NCBI GenBank assembly: GCA_035623825.1 | Contig: DASPSR010000063.1 | Coordinates: 13,982-77,981 of the forward strand | Reading direction: 5' to 3' | Origin: Nitrospirota bacterium | GTDB taxonomy: Bacteria; Nitrospirota; UBA9217 | DNA length: 64,000 bases | Part shown: positions 56,870-64,000 of the stretch, in pieces | Layout of the letters: each line of letters starts with the position of its first letter | How positions within the stretch are numbered: the stretch's first letter is position 1 | The notes under the pieces: generated by a model | Databases searched by the model: none | What the model saw: only the letters and a program-made list of their open reading frames with translations | Told to the model about the DNA's origin: nothing | Position numbers and translations under genes: made by a program

Positions 56870-57257
56870 CACCCCTCCTTTCCTGCAGACTACGAACCAA
56901 GGTGGCTACCCCCGTCGTTATCCCGGCCTTCAGACCGGCGATATTTGCCCCGGCGACGGGAGCAACTTCATCCTTCACCTTCCCGTAAAGGGCCTGAACC
57001 CCTTTCTCCAGAATCATGACCGTATCGGTGATGGTTCGTACGTCTTGCGTTATTCCTCCGACATTCGCGGTAATTTTTTTCATGTTTTCAAGCGTCCCCT
57101 TGAGTTCCGTCAAAGTTGCGTTCAGGTTGCCTTCCGTGTTCTTTAAGAATGCGCGGAGCGTATAGTTTGTTCGCAATAGCCCTATGATATAGAATATGTG
57201 AAATGCCGCATAAATAATAAAGGTAACCACACCGATGAGCACAATGGTTTGGTTCAT
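56847..57257 (-). CDS. DUF948-like membrane-anchored coiled-coil protein
   Basis: N-terminal TM plus heptad region; adjacent to YtxH; RBS AAGGAG. Confidence 0.7.
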   Translation of the reverse strand: MNQTIVLIGVVTFIIYAAFHIFYIIGLLRTNYTLRAFLKNTEGNLNATLTELKGTLENMKKITANVGGITQDVRTITDTVMILEKGVQALYGKVKDEVAPVAGANIAGLKAGITTGVATLVRSLQERRGDDDERRS

Positions 57258-57553
57258 CCTGATCTCCTTTTAGTTATAGTATATCACAGGCATATTTGGG
57301 CTGTTCGTGAGCGACAGAACTGCTCATAAGCGATAACCTATGGACGCGCCCGGCGTGCCTTGCCAAGGCAATGATACCTCTAAGGTACTAATAAATTTAT
57401 TGAAAATAGACAAAGTTGGCAAGAAATCACATATGCGGATGTGGAGAAATACTGCATCGATCATGGGGTTGTTGTCTTTGCCGGGCAGCTATGCTATTGT
57501 GGGTTGCGATGCGCTTAATCCATGGGTGACGTCGTCCTGATGAAAGGGTTGCC

Positions 57554-58201
57554 GTGAATAAATCCGTGAAGAAAAAGAGCCGTGGTCTTTCCGCGCGCGT
57601 GCATTTCCCCGACGATGAAAAACGCCTGCCGTGGCTTCCGATGCTGCTGGATGCCTATGCAATCGTGGACACCGGCGTCGCCGTTGCAGTCAGGCAGGCA
57701 GAGAAAAGGCAGAAGGTAAAACTGGCGTGCAGCAACGGGTGTGATGTCTGCTGCCGTCAGAAGGACATTCCGCTATATCCCCATGAACTGGTGGGGCTCT
57801 ACTGGTTCGTTTCTGAAAAAACGGACCGCGCTCTGCGTGAGATCCTGAAAGTACAGCTTGCAGTTCATGCGCCGGGTTCCCCGTGCCCGTTCCTTATAGA
57901 CAGCTCGTGTTCTATCCATGCCGTTCGCCCGGCTTCGTGCAGGTGGTTTAACGTGTTCCGTGCGCCTTGTTTGCCGGGTGAAGACCCGTACTACACGAGG
58001 CGGCATGACGTGCTAGATCCGATCCCGGAATATAGTGACAGGGCCTTTGCCGCTCTGCTGCCGTTCTACAACATCAAGGACCAGGCCGGCGGGGAAGCGG
58101 CTGCGATAAAACTGATCCGCGCACAGGTCATGAACCTTCAGACCTACGACTGGAAAAAGCTGATCGCCGTCATGGAGAAAATCGATACCCGGAACCCTTG
58201 A
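57554..58201 (+). CDS. YkgJ-family cysteine cluster protein
   Basis: CSNGCDVCC, CPFL, CSIHAVRPASCR. Confidence 0.88.
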   Translation: MNKSVKKKSRGLSARVHFPDDEKRLPWLPMLLDAYAIVDTGVAVAVRQAEKRQKVKLACSNGCDVCCRQKDIPLYPHELVGLYWFVSEKTDRALREILKVQLAVHAPGSPCPFLIDSSCSIHAVRPASCRWFNVFRAPCLPGEDPYYTRRHDVLDPIPEYSDRAFAALLPFYNIKDQAGGEAAAIKLIRAQVMNLQTYDWKKLIAVMEKIDTRNP

Positions 58202-58403
58202 AAAGACGTTCCCTCTCTTTTTCTAGAAGGCGACGGCGTGGTCTCACCTGTCATCTCGCGTCATACCATGACACCCTTTCCCGAGCCCCAAAGTCCCCGC
58301 TTCAAAGGTTTGATATGTGTCCATGAGAGCGTATCTGATGCCGGCTGGTCACTGTCATTGTGCTGCTGATGACAAGCGCGATCTATTCAGGTAGTATGAA
58401 TAT

Positions 58404-59579
58404 ATGAAGTTTTTCCAAAACATCATTTCTGCAGTTTTCAGGGCGAGGCCGAACCGCTTCATTGTGGAGTGCACCACAAGGGGCAGGCCAGTGAGGGCAT
58501 ACCTCCCGAATCCCGGCAAACTCCAGGAATTACTCCTCCCGGGGAAAAAAATTTACCTGGTCAAACAGCCTCTCCTCTCCCAGAGAAGAATCGAATACAT
58601 GGTTGTGGCTGTTGAGAGATATGGCTGCCCGATCCTGCTCCACACTCACATGAATAATGCCGTTGCCCGTTATTTGATCGAGCACAATCGGATCCCGGGT
58701 CTTGATGGCGCTGTTATCGTCAAGGCTGAGCATAAGATGGGGAACAGCAGGTTTGACTTCCTTCTCCTGAAAGGGGGCAGGGACATGGTGCTGGAGGTCA
58801 AGTCCTGTACCCTCTTCGGCAGGCGCATTGCAATGTTCCCGGACGCCATTACGGACCGGGGAAAGAAGCACCTCATTGAGCTTGCGTCCCTGTCACGGAG
58901 AGGGATGGACGCCGGCGTCCTCTTTCTTGTCCACGCGCCGTTCCCGGACCACTTCATGCCCGATTACCATACGGACCTGGAATTCGCCCGCACCCTTATG
59001 TCCGTGAGGGATGATATTTCCGTCAGGGCCGTCTCCGTCGTATGGAAGAAGGACCTGCTCCTCGGCAGCAGGGTGCGGGAACTCACGATCCCCTGGAAGC
59101 TCATCGAAAGGGAAGCGCGTGACAGCGGAAGTTACATCATCATCATGCGGTTGATGAGGGACAGGAAGCTTAAGATCGGAGGCCTCGGCGCGGTCAGGTT
59201 CGAAAAGGGATTCTATCTCTACGCGGGTTCAGCGAAGAAAAATCTTACGCAAAGGATAGCGCGGCATAGGAGAAGGAGAAAAAAACTTTTCTGGCACATC
59301 GATTATCTCCGGGAATACGCTGATTTTTGCGCGGCTCTTCCGGTGCGGACGAGTGCAAGCCTCGAATGCGATCTGGCTTTTGCGCTTGAAGGCATATCGC
59401 ACTGGACCATCCCGGGTTTCGGCTCATCGGACTGCTCCTGCGATAGCCATCTCTTCGGCATGGTCGATGACCCCCTCCACAGCCCGAGGTTCATCGAGAT
59501 GCTTCAGTATTTCAGGATAGATCGGCTGGAGAAGGAACTATTTAACGGGAGAAACGGCGTCTTAGCGGCGTCCGGCTAA
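58404..59579 (+). CDS. sfsA: SfsA nuclease fused to a DUF123/GIY-YIG domain
   Basis: RPNRF, SRFDF, EVKSC, FPDAITDRGKKH; then GSYII...YLYAGSA...WHIDY...EC...GFGSSDCSCDSHL. Confidence 0.85.
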   Translation: MKFFQNIISAVFRARPNRFIVECTTRGRPVRAYLPNPGKLQELLLPGKKIYLVKQPLLSQRRIEYMVVAVERYGCPILLHTHMNNAVARYLIEHNRIPGLDGAVIVKAEHKMGNSRFDFLLLKGGRDMVLEVKSCTLFGRRIAMFPDAITDRGKKHLIELASLSRRGMDAGVLFLVHAPFPDHFMPDYHTDLEFARTLMSVRDDISVRAVSVVWKKDLLLGSRVRELTIPWKLIEREARDSGSYIIIMRLMRDRKLKIGGLGAVRFEKGFYLYAGSAKKNLTQRIARHRRRRKKLFWHIDYLREYADFCAALPVRTSASLECDLAFALEGISHWTIPGFGSSDCSCDSHLFGMVDDPLHSPRFIEMLQYFRIDRLEKELFNGRNGVLAASG

Positions 59580-60613
59580 GCAGCTGCCTGTATAACATCC
59601 TTTAGCTTCAGCTTGAAATCCTCGATGTCACGGCTCGTTTTAAACAGATCGACGACTGCGTTCCTTTTAGAGAGAAACCGAGCATAGCCGCTTCGACGGG
59701 CCTCTTCTATCAGGCTCCAGTTCTCACTGCCGAGAAATTCTTCATGGGCGTTCTTCATCTCCGGATAGAGGACCCTCCGGAACCCTTCCGTGAGCGCGAT
59801 CGAGAGGCTGAGGGCTCCCCGGTCCTTTGTGTCGATGATCTGCTTGTACGGGCCGTGAGAGGACGTATCAGCGATCAGGTCTTTGACTGCCCTGATGTAA
59901 TGCTCCGCCCTCCGGTCCCCGGCGAGTGAAGAAAGGATATCCTTCCATTCCGGGATGTCCTCCATCGCTTCTGCCAGCTCATGGCTGAGAAGGACAGAGG
60001 CGTAGCGTTCCGCCATAAGTTCCAGTCTTTTTGAGAAGGCGCTGTCGATGATCTGCCGGTGATGAAAACCGTACTGCGCGAAAGCGTCCTCAAGAGCGGA
60101 AACGCGCCGGGTATGCAGCTCCGAGAACTTGTACATGAGAAGCATGGTGAGGGGTTCGAGCCGCAGGAAAATGCTTTTCCCCTGGAGCATCGCGGCTGAC
60201 GTGAAGAGGTCCCTCACGTATTCTTTTCCCGACGTGTGCACGGTGAGCCCGGAAATCTCGCGGGTCGCGCGGAGCTCCGCAAGGAAGAAGGAAGGCTTCA
60301 TGTACATGCCGTATCCTGCGCCATAAATGAGCCCCTCTTCCCTGAGTCTGTGATTTATTTCCGCGAGGTCGAAAGGATGGTATTTCTTCCCGTCGATGGT
60401 GAGGTCGCGCAAGTCTTTCTGTTCCAGTTCAGGCCACTGTGATTCCTTTTTCGTGATCCATTCCGCGATGTCTTCGCGCTTGATGTCCGCCCATGGCTGA
60501 AGGCCCATTTCCGAGCGGTACAGATCCCTGTATCGCATTAACAGGCCGCATACCGAGTAGAAGCCCCAGTACTTGGCATCCGATACGTCGCAGTTGAACT
60601 TTATGTCGTGCAT
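59576..60613 (-). CDS. Sfum_1244-like conserved protein
   Basis: NCDVSDA, YSVCGLLMRYR, YGAGYG, HELAE; start uncertain (60613, 60628 or 60658). Confidence 0.7.
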   Translation of the reverse strand: MHDIKFNCDVSDAKYWGFYSVCGLLMRYRDLYRSEMGLQPWADIKREDIAEWITKKESQWPELEQKDLRDLTIDGKKYHPFDLAEINHRLREEGLIYGAGYGMYMKPSFFLAELRATREISGLTVHTSGKEYVRDLFTSAAMLQGKSIFLRLEPLTMLLMYKFSELHTRRVSALEDAFAQYGFHHRQIIDSAFSKRLELMAERYASVLLSHELAEAMEDIPEWKDILSSLAGDRRAEHYIRAVKDLIADTSSHGPYKQIIDTKDRGALSLSIALTEGFRRVLYPEMKNAHEEFLGSENWSLIEEARRSGYARFLSKRNAVVDLFKTSRDIEDFKLKLKDVIQAAA

Positions 60614-60779
60614 GTACGATTGATCCACGGTCCCGTTCTCCCGTTCTTCATATCGCATTATTCACCAAGCTCCGGGAAAAGTAAATATATTAATCAGTGG
60701 CCGTTTACGGCTAAAAAGTCCTTGCAACTCCTTAAAAAATAAACTATAATTACAAATCCCTGCCGACAGGTTGTAATTT

Positions 60780-61853
60780 ATGTCCACGCCAAAAATTCAA
60801 GAACTGCGGAAGATGATAGATGAGCTCGATGACAAGATCGTGGACCTGCTGAACGAGCGCGCCCGGATCGTCATCGAAGTCGGCGATATCAAGAAATCGG
60901 AAAAAATCGATTTCCATGCACCAGCCAGGGAACGGCAGATCCTGGAGCGGCTGCAGTCACGCAACAAAGGGCCGTTCCCCCCGGATGCGCTGAAAGCGGT
61001 CTACCGCGAGATCCTCTCATCTTCCCTTTCGCTGGAACGGCCACTCCGGGTGTCCTACCTCGGGCCGCGCGCCACATTCACGCACATGGCGGGCATGCAG
61101 CAGTTCGGCCTCGCGGCGCAGTACCTTCCCGTGGAGACCATCAAGGACGTCTTTAGCGAGGTCGACCGCGGCAGGGCCGACTTCGGCGTCGTGCCGGTGG
61201 AGAACTCCACTGAGGGCGTCGTGAACTACACCCTCGATATGTTCATCGACTCGGACCTGAAGATCTACGCAGAGATCATGCTCGAGGTCTCCCAGAACCT
61301 CATGAACAAGTCAGGGAAGATAGGGGACATTGCGAGGATCTTTACCCACCCGCAGGTGCCGGGACAATGCCGTGAGTGGCTGGAAAAGAACATGGCCGGG
61401 ATGCCGGTCCTGAACGCCCCAAGCACGGCCAAGGCCGCGGAGATGGCCGCCGATGATCCTGCGGCCGGCGCCATCGCAAGCGAGATGGCCGCTGTGCTCT
61501 ATGGACTGCAGATCGTGGGGAAGAATATCCAGGACAACACGAACAACTATACCCGATTCCTTGTCATTGCCGCCAAATCCCCCCGCAAGACAGGAAGGGA
61601 CAAGACATCGATCATGTTCTCCATCAAGGACAAGGTGGGTGCGCTCTATGCCATGCTTGCGCCGTTTGCCGAAGGGGGGATCAACCTGACGAGACTGGAC
61701 GCCAGGCCTTCGGGCAGGAAGGTCTGGGACTATGTTTTTTTCCTCGACATGGTAGGTCACATCGAAGAAGAGAAGGTGGCGAATGCCATCGAAAAGCTGA
61801 AAAAGGACTGCCTGTTCCTCAAGGTGCTGGGATCCTATCCGAGGAGCGGGTAG
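60780..61853 (+). CDS. pheA: chorismate mutase/prephenate dehydratase
   Basis: N-terminal CM (LRKMIDELD), YLGP, PVENSTEG, NYTRF, ACT domain ending LGSYP. Confidence 0.95.
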   Translation: MSTPKIQELRKMIDELDDKIVDLLNERARIVIEVGDIKKSEKIDFHAPARERQILERLQSRNKGPFPPDALKAVYREILSSSLSLERPLRVSYLGPRATFTHMAGMQQFGLAAQYLPVETIKDVFSEVDRGRADFGVVPVENSTEGVVNYTLDMFIDSDLKIYAEIMLEVSQNLMNKSGKIGDIARIFTHPQVPGQCREWLEKNMAGMPVLNAPSTAKAAEMAADDPAAGAIASEMAAVLYGLQIVGKNIQDNTNNYTRFLVIAAKSPRKTGRDKTSIMFSIKDKVGALYAMLAPFAEGGINLTRLDARPSGRKVWDYVFFLDMVGHIEEEKVANAIEKLKKDCLFLKVLGSYPRSG

Positions 61854-61963
61854 CAGTTAAAGGGGATCGGGGACAGGAGAGGGAAAGTAAAGGGACGGAC
61901 GAATGCAGCCGCAGGCCTTGAGCCTGCGCTGAAAGAAGACAGCGGATAGTCACAGAGGGAGAG

Positions 61964-63040
61964 ATGATCACGGTCACGGAGAACATAAAAAACATCACAC
62001 CCTACACGCCGGGAAAGCCAATCGAGGAGCTCGAGCGGGAGTTGGGGATCAGCGGAAGCATCAAGCTTGCCTCCAATGAGAACCCGCTCGGCCCGTCGCC
62101 CAAGGCCGTCGTGGCGATCAAGAGGGCGCTTGCGGGACTGAACCGTTATCCCGACGGCAGCGGATTCTATCTTTCCCAGGCGCTCGCAAAGAAATACGAT
62201 GTGGACATTTCCCAGATCATTCTGGGCAACGGTTCGAACGAACTCATCGAACTGGCCGTTCGCACCTTTATCCAGCCCGGAGACGAGGTGATCTCGGCTG
62301 ATCCGTCGTTCGTCGTGTACAGGATGATCACCCAGGCCGCGGGCGGTTCCAACGTCGTCGTGCCGCTCAAAGACAACCGGCACGATCTCGATGCAATGGC
62401 TGACAGGATCACGGAGAAGACGAAGATCATATTCATCGCGAACCCGAACAATCCGACAGGCACGATGAACAGGTCGGCTGAGATGGATCGTCTCATGGAA
62501 CGTGTTCCTGACAACGTGATCGTGGCCGTGGATGAGGCATATTATGAGTATGTCACGCGGGCCGACTATCCCGATGCTCTGGACTATCTCAAGGCGGCCA
62601 AGAACGTCCTCGCGCTCAGGACGTTTTCGAAGATCTACGGGCTTGCCGGACTGCGCATCGGCTACGGCATCACGAGGCCGGAGATCGTGGAACTGATGAA
62701 TAAGGTGAGGCAGCCGTTCAATACCAATTCCCTGGGACAGATCGGCGCCCTGGCGGCCCTTGCAGACCGCAAGCATGTGGAGAGGTCGATCGCGATCAAC
62801 AGCGAAGGCAAGCAGTTCTTGTATCAGGCATTCGACCGGCTTGGCATCTCTTACCTCCCGACGGAAGCGAACTTCATCATGTTTGAGGCCCCATCGGACG
62901 GCAGGGAGCTGTACAACACCCTCCTCAAGACGGGCGTGATAATCCGACCCATGGGCGGGAAAAAACTCCGGGTAACGATCGGACTGCCCGAGGAGAACAA
63001 GCGCTTCGTCAGCGAGCTCGAGAAGATCATGCATCCTTGA
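61964..63040 (+). CDS. hisC: histidinol-phosphate aminotransferase
   Basis: KLASNENP, NPNNPTG, DEAY, RTFSKIYGLAGLRIG. Confidence 0.93.
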   Translation: MITVTENIKNITPYTPGKPIEELERELGISGSIKLASNENPLGPSPKAVVAIKRALAGLNRYPDGSGFYLSQALAKKYDVDISQIILGNGSNELIELAVRTFIQPGDEVISADPSFVVYRMITQAAGGSNVVVPLKDNRHDLDAMADRITEKTKIIFIANPNNPTGTMNRSAEMDRLMERVPDNVIVAVDEAYYEYVTRADYPDALDYLKAAKNVLALRTFSKIYGLAGLRIGYGITRPEIVELMNKVRQPFNTNSLGQIGALAALADRKHVERSIAINSEGKQFLYQAFDRLGISYLPTEANFIMFEAPSDGRELYNTLLKTGVIIRPMGGKKLRVTIGLPEENKRFVSELEKIMHP

Positions 63041-63205
63041 TTTTTCACCGCTGGTGGCGCGCAGAGGGAAAAGGGCACAGCGCGGAGGGCGGGGACCGCA
63101 GAGATCCCGCGCAGCGCTCAATAGGGAACGCTCCTTGCTGACCGTCTGCCCTGCGTACCGTGTTGAATCAATCCAGGGTAAATTGATTTATGAGAAAGGG
63201 AAACC

Positions 63206-64000
63206 ATGATCATCGTTGTAAGACCTGACGCGACGGCAGAACAAGTCGATCACATCATAAAAAAGATCAAGGATCTGGGGCTGCAGGCCCACGTATCGAA
63301 GGGCACCGAGAGGACGGTCATCGGCGCGATCGGAGACGAGACCATCCTCCAGAGCGTTCCGCTCGAGGCCATTCCCGGCGTTGAAAAAGTGCTCCCGATC
63401 CTGAAGCCCTACAAACTGGCGAGCCGTGAGTTCAGAAAAGAGGGAACGGTCATCAGCGTCGGCAAGGAGCAGATCGGCGACGTGAGAATCGCGGTCATGG
63501 CCGGGCCGTGCGCGGTGGAAAACAAGACGCTGCTCGTCGAAATAGCAAAAGAGGTCAAGAACGCCGGGGCCAATTTTATCCGTGGCGGAGCTTTCAAACC
63601 CCGGACGTCTCCCTATGCCTTCCAGGGGCTCGAGGAGGAAGGGCTCAAGTATCTGGCCGAAGCCCGGGATCGCACGGGGCTTCCCGTCGTGACCGAGGTC
63701 ATGGACCCCCGGGACATCGAGATGATCGCCAAATATGCCGATGTCCTCCAGATAGGCGCCCGAAACATGCAGAATTTCCGGCTGCTCAAAGAAGTGGGGC
63801 TCTGCAAAAAGCCGGTTCTGCTGAAACGCGGTATCTCGGCCACGATCAAGGAATGGCTCATGTCGGCGGAATACATCATGTCGGGCGGGAACCATGCGGT
63901 GATCCTGTGCGAGCGGGGCATCCGTACGTACGAGACCGCGACCAGGAACACGCTCGATCTCTCGGCGGTGCCGGTGCTCAAACAGATGACGCACCTGCCC
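63206..64000 (+). CDS. aroF: DAHP synthase type I-beta (partial, runs off the window)
   Basis: N-terminal regulatory domain; [36 protein letters not shown]. Confidence 0.93.
   Translation, partial: MIIVVRPDATAEQVDHIIKKIKDLGLQAHVSKGTERTVIGAIGDETILQSVPLEAIPGVEKVLPILKPYKLASREFRKEGTVISVGKEQIGDVRIAVMAGPCAVENKTLLVEIAKEVKNAGANFIRGGAFKPRTSPYAFQGLEEEGLKYLAEARDRTGLPVVTEVMDPRDIEMIAKYADVLQIGARNMQNFRLLKEVGLCKKPVLLKRGISATIKEWLMSAEYIMSGGNHAVILCERGIRTYETATRNTLDLSAVPVLKQMTHLP

Overview
Bacterial chromosomal window of moderately high GC from a probable anaerobe. A Nitrospirota/Desulfobacterota-like lineage is my inference from gene content only. Bases 0.2-18.6 kb hold a complete complex I operon (nuoA-N) with an unusual input module. 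Between nuoD and nuoE sits a five-gene cassette (DRTGG, CBS-RsbT-like kinase, DRTGG, PHP, stand-alone GHKL ATPase). It is followed by NuoE, an extra HndB-like [2Fe-2S] subunit, a HydB/HndC (electron-bifurcating-type) NuoF, and a NuoG with no H-cluster and no Mo-ligand motif. Downstream lie a class II RNR, HtrA, an MltD-like transglycosylase, a three-piece glutamate synthase with a leader terminator, and a frameshifted cytochrome c. Further on are an M1+M28+PDZ peptidase with a TolB-like lipoprotein, an unannotated ferredoxin, an SfsA-GIY-YIG fusion, and the start of a pheA-hisC-aroF operon. A ~350-nt non-coding, hairpin-dense segment (52.98-53.33 kb) has complementary loops and an IS200/IS605-like terminal hairpin, making it a candidate structured RNA. 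No rRNA, tRNA, CRISPR array or intact transposase was seen. All calls come from motif reading by eye; no database searches were run.
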